Below the pieces are notes generated by a model. That model did no database searches. It saw nothing but the letters and a program-made list of their open reading frames with translations, and had not been told where the DNA came from. A stretch of 64,000 nt of DNA, taken from the NCBI GenBank assembly GCA_977018835.1, contig OZ361260.1, positions 3,410,001 to 3,474,000 of the forward strand. The letters run 5' to 3'. This DNA comes from Minutocellus sp. GHC0000111. Lineage: Eukaryota. The position numbers were made by a program, and so were the translations under genes. Each line of letters opens with the position of its first letter. The first letter of the stretch is position 1. This document shows, one piece after another, positions 37,004-49,400 of the stretch.

Positions 37004-38434
37004 TTAAAAGCAAAGAGGCTCATCACCGTCGTCATCGTCCTCGCCAAGCACAAAGCTCTCATCATTGGCATGGTTGCCGGTGCCCTCGGCCTTGGATTTG
37101 CCCGCAGATGCAGTGATCTGCCCTGAGCTGTCGACACGAGAGTTGGCCAGCCCCTCCTCGCTCCGGGCGCAGAGCCGGAGGAGATTCCGACGAGTCACCA
37201 GGACGTCCTCGTGGTCCTCCTCGAGATGGTGCTCTCGGATCCACAGAGCCTCCTTGAGGGCTACCATGGCGGCATACGAGTCGTCGACGTGCGTCAGTGC
37301 GCAGCCGATGTAGTTGAGGGTTTCGGCCACGGCGAGGTGGTCGGTGCCCAGCTCCTCCCTCTGGAGGAGAAGGACCTCGTTGAAATGAACAATGGCCTCG
37401 GCGCATTGTTCGTTGTCGAGATGGTCGACGCCAGCTTGGAGGGGTTCGGCCCATCTAGCTTCGTGGTCTTCTTCTTCGCCATGGTCGTCGTCGCTGCCTT
37501 GCTCATCGTCTTCGGCGGTGGCAACGGTGGCAGTGGCATGGGAGCACTTCTTGACATTGTCGTTGTCTTCGTCGTCGTCGGTGTCCTCCTCTTCGTTGAT
37601 GATCTCATCCCACAAGACGTTGAGGAGCTTGCCTATGCTAGAGACTCGAGGTGGGGGCTTGGTGTTCGGTTCGAGAGGGTTGCCGTCATTGTCTTGGTTG
37701 TCGTTGTCTTCGTCATCACTATCAACGTCGAGGCTGGCCGTGCCAGACGAGCGTCTTCTTTGATCTGGCATCATGGACGATGGTGCGTCCTTGGGGCTGG
37801 TGCCGAGCATGTTCAGTGCCGCACTTGACAGCCGTTTGACGCCGGCACCAATGCCACCGCTGGCGTTCATGGAATTCGTCGACGAATCGAAGTTGGTGCG
37901 ACGATTGTTCCCGCCGACCGGAGCAGACGACAGGCTGCGATCGTCGGAGCTTTGCCTCCACGAGGCGAGGCTGGATCGACGATTCGCCGAGGAGTCATTT
38001 TTGGTAGCAGCGGGCGCAGCTTCTGCGGTGGCCGCGGCGGTGGTTTCGTCCTGGAAGGTCTTCATCATGCGAGCCAATCCGCTGGGTCCCTTGAGATCCT
38101 CCTCGTCCTGCCTGGCCTTGGCCGTGGCCTTGACCATCTCGTCGAGTGCGACCGGACATCGAAGATTCATCGTCGCCGACGGATCAGGTCTAGCCATGTT
38201 GTTTTTGTTGGCGGCACCTTTGGGCTCGTCGTGGACGCTGCCGCTTCTCCCCCGCCGACGGCCGGCGGCTTGTGCTGGGGAGGAGTACGAATGGGGATCG
38301 TCTCCGTCGTCGTCTTGCTCTTGAACTCCCTTTTGGATCAAGTCCATTCCTCGTCGAATCCAGTTGCCGCCACCCTCGGCATCGCCGTCGGCATCTCGGC
38401 CCAGCACCTCGCAGCACGCTCCGTGGTTGACCAT
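37004..38434 (-). CDS. TPR protein (kinesin-light-chain-type repeats) with acidic disordered N-terminus
   Basis: AIVHFNEVLLLQREELGTDHLAVAETLNYIG...ALKEALWIREHHLEEDHEDV. Confidence 0.8.
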   Translation of the reverse strand: MVNHGACCEVLGRDADGDAEGGGNWIRRGMDLIQKGVQEQDDDGDDPHSYSSPAQAAGRRRGRSGSVHDEPKGAANKNNMARPDPSATMNLRCPVALDEMVKATAKARQDEEDLKGPSGLARMMKTFQDETTAAATAEAAPAATKNDSSANRRSSLASWRQSSDDRSLSSAPVGGNNRRTNFDSSTNSMNASGGIGAGVKRLSSAALNMLGTSPKDAPSSMMPDQRRRSSGTASLDVDSDDEDNDNQDNDGNPLEPNTKPPPRVSSIGKLLNVLWDEIINEEEDTDDDEDNDNVKKCSHATATVATAEDDEQGSDDDHGEEEDHEARWAEPLQAGVDHLDNEQCAEAIVHFNEVLLLQREELGTDHLAVAETLNYIGCALTHVDDSYAAMVALKEALWIREHHLEEDHEDVLVTRRNLLRLCARSEEGLANSRVDSSGQITASAGKSKAEGTGNHANDESFVLGEDDDDGDEPLCF

Positions 38435-38813
38435 GTTCGCTCGGATACGTAGGCGTATGTTCTAATGGCTTGAAAGGATACTAGCTAGTATTCTTTGTGC
38501 CATGTGCCATTCGCGGCTACGCACGGTAATGTGCAATGAAACAGAGCGGGCATAAAAACACGTGGCGCGCCGCACATAGGCAAATTATTATGGCGAGTTT
38601 CGCGCAAGGAGCAAAAGACACTTTCGATGTCTGAAATCACATTGGCCCCTTCCGGCCATTTCGCCTGCGTGGCACTTCTCATACAAAGTTGTTTCCCACT
38701 TTTGCTCGAGTTAGCGTTTGCAAGTTGATGGTTTCGTTCCGCATAAGTTTTGGAGGACCCCAAAGATACGCTTGCGTTGCGTCAGCCGCCTCATTTCATT
38801 TTTTTCATCAACC

Positions 38814-39845
38814 ATGAAGATTCCCCTCCTCCTTCTCGCTCTACTGCCTGCCGTGCAGGCATTCCAACCCAGCGTCCCGAATGCCGCCCGCGTCGGCGCT
38901 GGCATGCGCGTATCAGCGCTTCGCATGGCTGCTGCTGAAGAACGCCCAATATCAGCTGGCAATTTGGCGGGAGACACCTCGGGCAAGGGGCTAAAAGTCA
39001 CGGTTGTAGGAGGGTCGGGCTTTGTCGGTTCTCGCGTGTGCAAGATATTGGTAGATTGCGGTGCCGACGTGACCAGCGTGAGCAAGTCTGGCCAGGTCCC
39101 CAAGTGGGCCAGCGGGCAGGACTGGGCCGGTGCCGTCGACTGGAAGGCTGTCGATTTGCTCGGCGGTGACGAGGCGGAGCTGGATGCTGCCATGGGTTCG
39201 CCGGATGCCGTCGTTTCAACGGTGGGTGTGGTCGGTACCGATCTGGACGTGCTGCTCAAGGGCAACGGCGATACCAACGCCGCCGCATTTGCATCGTGCA
39301 AGCGCAAGGGTGTTTCTCGAATTGCCTATGTGTCGGTGGACGAAGAGGTTGCGGCATGTCAGGAGAATTGGCTGCCCGAGTTCTTCAGTGGATATTTCGA
39401 TGGGAAAGTCATTGCGGAAGCTGCTGCTTTGGAGGCACTGGGTGACGATTCCAGTCGACTGTGCTTGGTAAAGCCAACATTCATTTACGGTGGCGATTCC
39501 TTTGAACTCCTTCCGCCGCGAGTCACGTACGATTACGGATCGGGTATTGAACAGCTCTTGTCATTTGGTTTGATCAAGATTGTTGCCGATATAACACCGG
39601 GACTGATCAAGGTGGCCTTGAGGCCTCCCGTGAGCGTTGATTCAGTGGCCAGCGCATGCGCTGCAGCGGCACTGGGAAAAGAATCGGCGAATGGAAAGGT
39701 ACTGGACGGCACAAAGGCCATCAATGGTGCGACGGATCAGCCTGATGCCACTGGCTTATCGGAGGCTTTCGAGTGGACGAAGGAAAACACAATCAAGTTC
39801 TACAATTGGGCCAAGGAAAAAATTGAGGAGTCCAAAAAAGAATGA
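38814..39845 (+). CDS. Plastid-targeted NAD(P)-binding Rossmann (atypical SDR/epimerase) protein
   Basis: MKIPLLLLALLPAVQA|FQP presequence, then VTVVGGSGFVGSRVC, DAVVSTVG, GYFDGK..AE, KPTFIYG and PPVSVDSVA. Confidence 0.9.
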   Translation: MKIPLLLLALLPAVQAFQPSVPNAARVGAGMRVSALRMAAAEERPISAGNLAGDTSGKGLKVTVVGGSGFVGSRVCKILVDCGADVTSVSKSGQVPKWASGQDWAGAVDWKAVDLLGGDEAELDAAMGSPDAVVSTVGVVGTDLDVLLKGNGDTNAAAFASCKRKGVSRIAYVSVDEEVAACQENWLPEFFSGYFDGKVIAEAAALEALGDDSSRLCLVKPTFIYGGDSFELLPPRVTYDYGSGIEQLLSFGLIKIVADITPGLIKVALRPPVSVDSVASACAAAALGKESANGKVLDGTKAINGATDQPDATGLSEAFEWTKENTIKFYNWAKEKIEESKKE

Positions 39846-39933
39846 GACCATTGAGTAGACGTAATGCTGCTACGTCGTGCAATCATTTATTTTTATTGCA
39901 TCTTTGATGGAACTAATGATATGGAATATGGAC

Positions 39934-41067
39934 TTAGTTCTCGCCCTTGCTGTTTGGTGTAACGGCCTTCTCCAAATTGCTCACAATTCTACACCAGATT
40001 CGACTGGAAGGGTCCTTCCGAAGCATTTCTTTAGCGCGTACCATTGGAGATATAGCCATATCAAATGAACCGTTGGGATCAGCACCTGCACCCAATAGAA
40101 TCGAAATCTTTTCCTCCAAAACACGAGGTGAATGTTCTTCTTCGTCGAAATTACGAAAAGTCGCCAGCAATTCGACAAGCATAAAAAGAGCAGAAACTTT
40201 CAGCCCATTGATGAATGTTGGTCTTTAAGGATCAAAGTATGGGCGCTTCGTGATCTTTTGGAGAATTTCAGGAGGGACGTGTGGATTTGCAACCATGTAT
40301 TGAAAGAGCGACAAATCGTCGCATTTGAGGCTACTTGCTGGTGCGGACATATCAACCTTTTGCGATATGAGATATCCAAATGAAGGAGAGTGCAAGCCCA
40401 TGTCAGTTATCACTAGATTCAATCTCAAATCATTGGTATAGTCAGACCACCTTAGCTCGTTGATGTTGATTCCCTTTGCTTCGACTAGAAATGACAGGAC
40501 CTCGGTGAGGCCAAATGCAATTGCCACGGCAGGATTGTTGAGAATAGCGTCTGGGTGGATTATGCGAGCAGAGCCACAGAGCTCGTTCTTGGACCATACA
40601 TCTTCGAATCGTTTCATCTTCTCGTCGGTAATTCGATCCCTCCAGTCGGTGTTGACTTTGATCCACTCGGCGGCCTTGGTTTGGCAAAAAAGGAGCGCAT
40701 TCTTTCGATGCACATCAATCGTGTCCTCACGGATATTTCCAAGGTGATGAACAAAGTAGTTGAGAATGAAGCAAAGATAACTATCGTTATTACGCAAATA
40801 TGAACGACGAATGATATTTGCATCTTCCCTGCCGACGGATAAGCACATGTTCATCAAGGTGCTGTTGTTATGGGGACCGGAGGACGCATTGCAACCGCTC
40901 TCACAACGTGGAAGAGTGAGAGGAAGAAAAGTCGACACTTGGCCGAGTATTTCGAGGCCGACGTCGGGATTTCGGTTGTTTGGACGGGACCTCACTGGCC
41001 CAGCCCTTTTGCATCTCTTAGTTGGGGGGTCCATCGCGGCGGTTAGTCGAGGTGGCCATGGCGCCAT
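39934..41067 (-). pseudogene. Hypothetical protein with degenerate ankyrin-like segments; in-frame TAA at 40225-40227
   Basis: PAVAIAFGLTEVLSFLVEAKGININ and ILLGAGADP. The reading frame continues through a single stop (YFDP*RPTFING...). Confidence 0.5.
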
Positions 41068-41254
41068 GGCCTCCGATCCGATAGTGATCCGATGCTGGCG
41101 ATGGCCAGAGGTTCTGAAGAATTTGCGGGCGAGAATCTGCTCGGCATGCACGCATACCTGTAGTCGTCGTATCATTACGTACGTATTTGGGGCCCTAGGT
41201 TGTACGTAAGCAAATTGTAGCCTCTCATTTTTTCGCCTCTCGCCATCTCTCGCC

Positions 41255-42228
41255 ATGCCATCCCCACCCTTCAAGGCTGACGCATCTCGCCACTGCCCCG
41301 TCTCTTCTGAGATTGTGTGTGGAGAAGAGCATGTCTCTCCGGACGATGAACTGCACGAATATGGCAACTACACCTTTCATATGACTCTTCCTGGTATGAC
41401 CAGACGGATGGAATTTTCCTGTCGAGATCCCAGTTGTGGCGTCCTCAAGGAAGGGGAGGATGCCGCCGAAAAGATTGCCGACGGTCGTGTTGATCCGTTT
41501 CTATTTGAACCGGATTATTATCTAGAGGCCAAGACGGGATTTCAGGTGTGGCCAGGATCTCGACTGCTCGTGGAGGCACTAACATGTCCCAAGGCGTATG
41601 CAGATTGTCCGGCAATGCTGGAGTGGCAAGAGAAGTTGGCCAATGGGGCGAATGTGGTGGAGCTTGGAGCAGGTATTGGCGTAGTAGGAACCTGCCTCGC
41701 AGCGGCAGGTGGAAATATTGCGATTACTGATCTAACAACGCTGGTGAACAATGCAGTCGTTCCCAACATTGTGAGAAATAGCGAAGAAAGTTCAGAGGAA
41801 GAGACGTGCCCACAATGGATGAGAGATGCATCAACGGCGAAGGACGCGGCGCCATGTAAGATTGGCCGTGGGTGGGCAGGCGGTGCCGTCATTGATTGGA
41901 TGATCCCTTTGGATTCGCAACTTTCAACGGATGTGATTTCTGATATCGATGTCGTTGTGGGATGCGATTGTTTTTTTGGATGAAAAAGCTCATCGATCCG
42001 GTGCTATCGATAGTTGCCGATGTGTTTGCGAAGTTCAATAAGAGGCCAACATTCTTGGCCACATACCAACGGCGTGAGGCATCTCCGGCATTATTTTCGA
42101 CTGTTGATGAAGTATTGGATGCAATGCGCTCTCGCGGCTGGACCTTTGAATGCCATGCATGGAGGTCCAACAAAATTGGAGAGGACGGGGATAACGAGGT
42201 GTTTCTATTTGAGATCTCGCCTCGATGA
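41255..42228 (+). CDS. METTL21/Methyltransf_16-family protein lysine methyltransferase; frameshift in poly-T ~41970-41977
   Basis: TGFQVWPGSRLL, NVVELGAGIGVVG, ITDL, IDW and DVVVGCDC. Confidence 0.85.
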
Positions 42229-42320
42229 ATACTTCGAAATGAAAAATAGTCATTTAAGATATGTGATCTATCGCCTGCTATGTTGCGTGCTTTCGACGCT
42301 ATCCTATAAAAAAAAACTCC

Positions 42321-43250
42321 CTACAATATCTCATCTCCTTTCCAACCATAAATGTCAACCTGCCACAGGCTTACTCCCCAGCCGTGGTCTGAACTCCGAA
42401 TCACAATCCTGATGGCATCAATGAGCTTTGGTTCTTGCCTTAATGTAGCATTGTGAATATAATGAAGTGGCATTTCCTTCTTTACCCCAGGGCTCTTCCC
42501 AGAAGTGGTTGTATCATACGCATGCTTCTTGGAGTCGAACAATACTGTCCATGCATCACCTTCATCTGCCAACCTTCGTCGTCCAGAAACCACATAGTCC
42601 GTCGACACGGCTGTTTCCCAGTCCAGTACAGCGTAGGCGGGCCAAACGGCTGCATGCTGTTCTCGCATTCGAGTGAAATCCAACTCAACCCAATGCTGAC
42701 CCTTGATTTCGGTCCCATGCATGTCGGATGCCGCCTGCCACCTATCTTTGAGCCAGTCTTTTCCTGGAACGACTTGATTGAGTACCGAAGGAGGACCCAA
42801 ATTACCCCCAACATCTGTTGTTACCTCCACACCCTGCTGATCACGAGATAAAAGCACAGCAGGTTGCTGCATTGCTCGCTCGTAAGCTTGCCGCTCTTGT
42901 TCTTTCTCCTGCTTCTGCATCTTGACAAGGTTCATATTGTCTCGCTCTCGTTGTATCGCAATCCCATCCTCTTTGGAAGGAAGCATCATCTGCCCCCGTA
43001 TAAATGGCGGTTGGCGCAACCGTCGTTTCTTCGGTGGCCACTCATTGTTGCCCGATATTATAAGCACGATGAAAAAGACGGCCACAATTGTCCCGATGAC
43101 AGAAGCAGGTGTGATGGCAGAAGGTTGCTCCTTGGAGCGCTTACTCGTATTGGCGGCAGCGCCATCGGCGTCTTCTGTAAAAGAATGATTGGAAGAGGAG
43201 GCAACACCGCTTCCACGAGGTGCAGATGCGTACTCTGCCCTTCTCCTCAT
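42321..43250 (-). CDS. Type II membrane protein with C-terminal F5/8-type-C (discoidin/CBM32-like) domain
   Basis: One N-proximal TM segment, then RW.......QHWVELDF, LDWETA..DY and IRIVI....WGVSLWQVDIYG. Confidence 0.7.
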   Translation of the reverse strand: MRRRAEYASAPRGSGVASSSNHSFTEDADGAAANTSKRSKEQPSAITPASVIGTIVAVFFIVLIISGNNEWPPKKRRLRQPPFIRGQMMLPSKEDGIAIQRERDNMNLVKMQKQEKEQERQAYERAMQQPAVLLSRDQQGVEVTTDVGGNLGPPSVLNQVVPGKDWLKDRWQAASDMHGTEIKGQHWVELDFTRMREQHAAVWPAYAVLDWETAVSTDYVVSGRRRLADEGDAWTVLFDSKKHAYDTTTSGKSPGVKKEMPLHYIHNATLRQEPKLIDAIRIVIRSSDHGWGVSLWQVDIYGWKGDEIL

Positions 43251-43406
43251 ACTGATGCGCTGGGCCTGGTCTGTTGTTGGTCTTGGCTCAGCTCATACCT
43301 AGGTACTAGATTACTGTGGCGGTTTGCGGGAGATCGCGGTAGCGGTCGGTTGTAACACGTCATGTCGAAATCCTTGTTCATTTGCATTTCAAGCATCAAC
43401 GCAACC

Positions 43407-44257
43407 ATGGACGACGACGTCAAGCTCGCCATGTTGACCTCGATGGGGTTCGGCCTGGATGTCGCCAGATCATCCCTCGCAGCTAGCAATGGAGATGTGG
43501 AGCGCGCCATCGAGCACTGCTTGGGAGGTGGTGGCGATGGCTCCTCGTCCACCTCTATTCCTGCGGCGGCCGCCGCCACACCTGGCACCTTGGTGAGGGT
43601 TTCCGATAGCAGTCAATATACGTTGGGTTCCGAGGGTCGATCAGCGTGTACTTGCATTGCACTTTGTTATGCCAAACAATTCCTGCAAGCCATTTCTCAG
43701 ACACAGGCATCGGCAACAGCTGCCGATGTCATCGGCGAATCTTTTTGCTGGAGGGACTGCAGCACGGAGTGACCTTGTACAAGACGATGAAAAGTAGTGA
43801 TAGTAATACCAGCGTTGAGCACATGTCTGCCGAGGAGGTGTTGGCTAGCGCACATGGCAAGGTTGAATTTGCCAACCGCAAGTTGGATGGCCTAGTACGA
43901 CAGGGTATGTTATCTCCCGATCCGTCTTCTCCGCTCGGTATGCATGCGGTCTTGAGTGGATGTCAGAGTGAGAGCCAATGGGTAGCTGTGATCATCACCA
44001 AGAGTCCAGAGACGGTCGTCGTTGCTTTGCCACCATCAGTTCAGCAGGCATCCCAATATCGGGGGTGGCTCCTACTAGATTCACATCCTCGCCCTCAATT
44101 CACAGCCAGTGCTTCTTACGTTATGGCTCATGATAACATCGAATCACTTGTTCAGACTCTCTTGGAGATATTTCCCTTCACCGATTTGGGTAGCGACGTG
44201 GGAGAGATGATGCAAATGATGTACAATAGCTTTGATGCATACGCATTGCATATGTAA
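43407..44257 (+). CDS. UBA domain + putative herpes-tegument-like (C76/VTD) cysteine protease; frameshift in poly-T ~43742-43746
   Basis: UBA: LAMLTSMGF..DVARSSLAASNGDVERAIEHCL. Protease motifs: SQY...GRSACTCIAL and LLLDSHPR. Confidence 0.7.
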
Positions 44258-44377
44258 ACTTTCCATTATAGGATTACATAAGTGAAATCGATAGTATCTA
44301 CTATACACGAGATGATATTATATGAAAGAAGTTGAGTTGCTTGTGTTTCACTCAAATGAAATAAAGGTGTATCAAAA

Positions 44378-46208
44378 TCATGCTCTCAAGACATTCATCA
44401 GTGCTTGTCCGGTGCAAGATCCAACAATGGTGAGGGCAGTGGCGATGAGAAGTAAGATGGTTGGTTTTCCTCCTGGCACCACACTGGGTGTAAGCTGAGA
44501 GTTGTCCACGCCCTCCTTCTTGGCTCTGTGTCGAAGTACCAAAGCTGCCAACGGAGGTGCCAAACCGTAGAGTAAAGTGGTGGGATAGGCGCCTGAAAAT
44601 GCCAAGAGCGGGAGATATAGGCCCGGACCAGCAAGAGCTGCGACACAGGGAAGAGCGACTGTCAATAACCGTGCCACGTTCATCCACTTCAAATCACAAA
44701 ATCCAACGAAGGTGCAAATCACATCCGATGCAAAGTGACTCATGGCGAGAAAGGAAGCCAGCAAGGTAGTGCCAATGGCGCCGACTGATAGGAGACCGAC
44801 GGGCACAGATATGGCAGGAGTAGCTGATAGGAGAAAGGTGATGGGATCGGCAGAGGTTGGATCGACGAGCGCCGTCGAAATTGCCGCCCACAAAAGGCAA
44901 AGGCTGAGAGGAACGAAAGCTCCGAGTGCAGTCGCTGTTTTGGCATCCTTTTGAGCCTTGGCTCGGATTTCGATGGTATCATCGACTCCACCGTTAATAT
45001 TGTTCTCTTCCTCGCTGGCATTTACATCGCCGATTCCTCTGCTGGAAGATTTTGATGTGGCTTCAACTATACGCTCGGTCAGTAAAGGCATGGCTTCGCC
45101 CCATGCCAACAGCTTCATGAGAACAGGGATGGACCAGGTGGCCTTGGAGGTTGGGAGGAGGCTTGCCCAATCGGCTCGCGCAAAGCATGCGGCCGATGCG
45201 GCACCGGCATTGCCAACAGTGGCCGCCGCGACGCAAAGGAGGGCAAATCCACCGATCATCATCCCCGTCAGACTCGTGTTGGCACCCTCCACCACCTCCG
45301 GCCGGGCATCCCATGGCGTAGGGCATGCCGGTCAGCTGAGACGTAATGGCCGCACCCTTGACCACTTGGATGGCCATAACGGCAATCATCTGCGCAATGA
45401 AGGCCAGGCCGCTGACGATGCCCCAACGCTTGCCAAATGCCTCCCGAATAATGGACGAGATGGCCAGCCCACCCTCGGTGTCTTCGTCCTTCTTGTACGT
45501 CGGCGACTTTTCCTTGCGGGATCGTGCATCGGACACCAGCCCCGCGGCCTCGATAAAGGCAAAGGCACTCAACAGAAGAAATCCCCACGATGCCACCAGA
45601 CCCAGGGCCGTGGGTCCATATCCAATGGGACTCGTCACACTGGGCAGCGCGAGGAATCCACCCCCGATGGCCGTACCGGCAATGATCGAGGCGGCATCCT
45701 TGATCTTCATCGGGGGTGGTTCGCGGGACTTTTCTCGTATGTCGTCCTGCGCATCCTTGATTTTGGTAAGGCGCAAGTTGATCGCCTTCTTCATCCGCAG
45801 CTCGGCCTCGATCTCGTCGATTTCCAGATCCAGTCCATCTTCTACGATGTTGTGAAGTGCCGAGCTCTTTTGTTTGTTGCTATTGTTGGAGCCCGATATA
45901 TTATTGCTATTGTTGCTGTGTTTGCTGGTCGATGTCGATTTGTTCAGAAGTCTGCTTATGGGATTCCGTCGAGTAGACGAGGCTAGACGACTGCCAAAGG
46001 AGGAGAAAGAATGAGACGCATGAAGTGCCGATGTCGATGTCGTTGTTGCTTTACCATAATATTGTTGGTGGCATCGGCTGCTGCCGCTGGACCGAGCGCA
46101 AGATATGTGAGAATTGTATGCTGAGATCTGCAAAGACGAGGATGGTGGAGGGGACCAGGCCAAGACGACGGCCGGTCCCAAGAGGAGGAACGTCGACGTC
46201 CGCAGCAT
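44378..46208 (-). CDS. Aromatic amino-acid permease (TyrP/Mtr, HAAAP family), probably plastid-targeted; frame break at ~45305
   Basis: ASIIAGTAIGGGFLALP plus multiple TM helices. Signal peptide VLA|W followed by a Ser-rich transit peptide. Confidence 0.8.
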
Positions 46209-46489
46209 GGTTGGGAAGTAATTATGCGGAGCCAAGGGGTTGTCAAAGATATGCGTCTGGGGCATTCTTCCCTCCCATCTTGGCGCCTCGCTTGCTTGAA
46301 GAAGAACGACACGTCAGCCGATCAGCCGAACTGCTGCGAAGAAAATTGAAATTGCGCCAAAAGAACCCGGATACGGATCCCGGAGCAAACAATAGGTCTG
46401 TCCTTCATCAGAGGAGCGGCACGACTTTTGACGTATCGGCACAAAGTCACGCCGCGTGGGTGCCCTGCCCAACCAACCTCCCCAGCGCC

Positions 46490-49400
46490 ATGGACGACGA
46501 CGAGAAGGAGGTCCGCCGGAAGCGGCAGGCCAAGAAGATGACCAAGATCATCGCCAAGGCTTGGAATCTCCCGCACGCCGAACACTTTACCCAGGTTTCG
46601 TCCTCGGCGCCGACGGCTGCTGCAGCTGGCGGTTCCTCCGAGGGAGCCGCTCCGCAGGACCTCACCGGTATTGGCCAGGCTCTCGATGCCGGTGCCTACC
46701 ACCTCGGTCGGCATGGGTGGGAGAAGTTTGCAGCGGATCTAGGTGGCGTTTACAATCGATTCATTGCGTAAGTTTGGATCGATACATCTTGTGCTTGTTT
46801 TGCTGGTTTGTGCTGATGCGTCGTGTAAAGCATTGTCCCTCACACGCTCGTCCCTCATTCGCAACCTTCACCAAATTCAATTTATGGACACAACCAGCCA
46901 AGGAAAGCATAAGAAATCCGCGAGGCGCAACCTCGACGAAGTCAAGACCTTCCTTGCGAAGGTCGATGCGCATTTGGCGGAAATTGCCGAAACGTCCGGC
47001 GCTTCCGCCGGTGCTGCCGCTGGTGGGGAATCGTCCGCCAAAAGTGCCAAGGCAGAGGTCAAAACTCCAGCGTCCGGGAAGAAGCGCAAGCCATCTGATG
47101 CTACGGGTGGCAAGGAATCGTCCAAGAAGAAGAAAGCTGCCAAGGAGGATCTGGGACCACTCACCATACCGCAGAGGGAACAGAGAGCCCTGGAGCAGCT
47201 GGGCAACTACCTTGAGGAGGTCGGAGGTGAGTCCTCGGCATTTATTTTTGTTTGATTGATATCATTGGCAAGGTGGTCATTGTTATTGCAGACATTCGCA
47301 ATCTCACTTACGCCTTCAATTTGTGCCCAATCTACTTGGCAGGCAAGCGCAAGCAGGCCGCCGACTTCACCTGCAAGGTGACGGAGGCATCGACGAGCGG
47401 GAAGTATGACACCGTCTTCTACAGCCAGGCCGGGAAGCGATTGCGGTCGATGATTGCCGTGGCCAAATTTCTCAACCTCATCGAAGATGACAAGTCCGCG
47501 GTATCCGCCCCGTCTAAAAAGAGCAAGGCCGGATCCGCATCCAGCAGCAAGGGGCCCGTGAAGCAGGGCGTCGGCAGGCCGAAGAACAAGCGTGAGCTGG
47601 AGTCGGAGCAGAAGAAGTTGAAGAAGGAGATGGACAAGCTCCTCAAGGCGCACGAGAAGGCGACCAAGGTGCTGGACGATCATCGGAATGATCACAAGAA
47701 TGATCGCTACCCGGTAGAGGACGAGGTTCTGATCGAAGAGGAGGAGGCCGAAGAGGTGGCGCAGAATGGAGGGCCGTCATCGTCTGTGGCCGATCTCCGC
47801 CATCTAGCCAATCCCGACATCGATGGCTTCCCTGGTATCCCGGTCGAATGCACGCCGGACCTGCTCATGTGCTGGGATTTTCTTTGTAAGTGCACTTTGG
47901 ATCGTGGTATATTTTACCTGCAGCTATCAGAACCTGCATTTCACATCTAACAGCGGTCCCCGACGAATCTCTCCTCATCTTGTATCAGGTACCTTCTCTC
48001 GGCCTCTCAGCCTCGAACCCATTTCTCTCGATGATTTTGCCGCGGCTCTCGTCAACCGACCCGTTGATGCAGCAGCATCCCCTCCGCTATACCTGGCCGA
48101 GGCGCATATCGCACTTCTAAGACTACTTCTTGGTGATACATCAAGCGATGAATGGTGGTGGAGCACCTTGGAAACAGAAGAGACTGAGGTGGAAGAGGCC
48201 GGCAAGGCAGCTGGCGCCGAGTACTCCAAGAAGAAGCGCGAGGAGCAGCTGATCCCTGTCATCAAATGCGATCTTGCCGCCATTTTTGCCGTGGAGGAGG
48301 ACTCACAGATGACAATCAAGTGGTTGCAGGCCTTGGAGGACGTGCGTACTAAGAAACCCAATTCAGCAGGCCCCATCAAGAGTGCCGTTAAGACCGCTAT
48401 TTCGCTCACAACCAACTCTCTCGTCAAGGCGTATTTGAGAAAATCAATGAAGCAGATGAAGCCGAATTCTGCAGGTTTGACGAAGCGTGCCGTCGTCTGG
48501 CTCGTTGATAGATTCAGAGAAGGCCGGCCAGATCTACTAGGGCGCACCATGATGGCCCAAGAGGTTGCACAGCAGACCAAGGCAGTCGCGGACGAGGCCG
48601 CTCAGTATATGGATCAAGTGGATGAGATTGCCAATGCGGCGAAGTTGAACGCCGTAGCCTTTGATGACGACGACATGGAACAAGATTCCGACTCAGATGA
48701 CGACGGCGGATTGGTTTCAGATGATGATGAAGATGAGGAAATGGACGACGCTGCGGCTTCTGCTTTGGTCGAAGGTGGTGCTACTGATAAGAAAGGTCCG
48801 GCGAAATCAGATCATGATACTCAGGTACCCACCTGCGTTCCTCCAAAACCAGCTCCAACCATTGTCGATTTGCTGCTGCCGCCGGGAAAGCCCCAGCCTG
48901 GAACTGATTTGGTCTCGCCCTTTACTTGGCCCTGCTTAGCTGGCGCAGCTTCCTGCCGTATCCTGCACAAGTACAAGAAGACGCGAAATCAAGTTGATGA
49001 TAACTTGCGTGAATTTCGGGAACTTCCGCCGCTCTCTGTTGCAGAGAGGAAGCGAAGAGAAGCTGATTCGGTCAAGCGTATTCTTTCAGAGTGCTTCTTG
49101 ACTGAACGATTTGGAGAGGCACCAATCGAAGCCGCCGTCCAGCAACTGTGTGGCGGAGGTGGATACACCGATCTGTCTCCTATCCAAAAGTTGTCGATCA
49201 TGCGCGTTCTTGTTGAGGCCGCTTATGACTCCCAGCGAGTCTTTAGCTGCGTCGAAGACAATATTCAGAGTCGAATCACTGCGTCGAAGGCCCTTGACAA
49301 TGAAATGCGCCGTGCGAAGAAGCTTGAGAAGGAGGAGAAGGCCGAGGTCGAAGCAAGGGCGCGTGAACGTTTGGCTGAAGAGGCCAAAGATGCCTTTATT

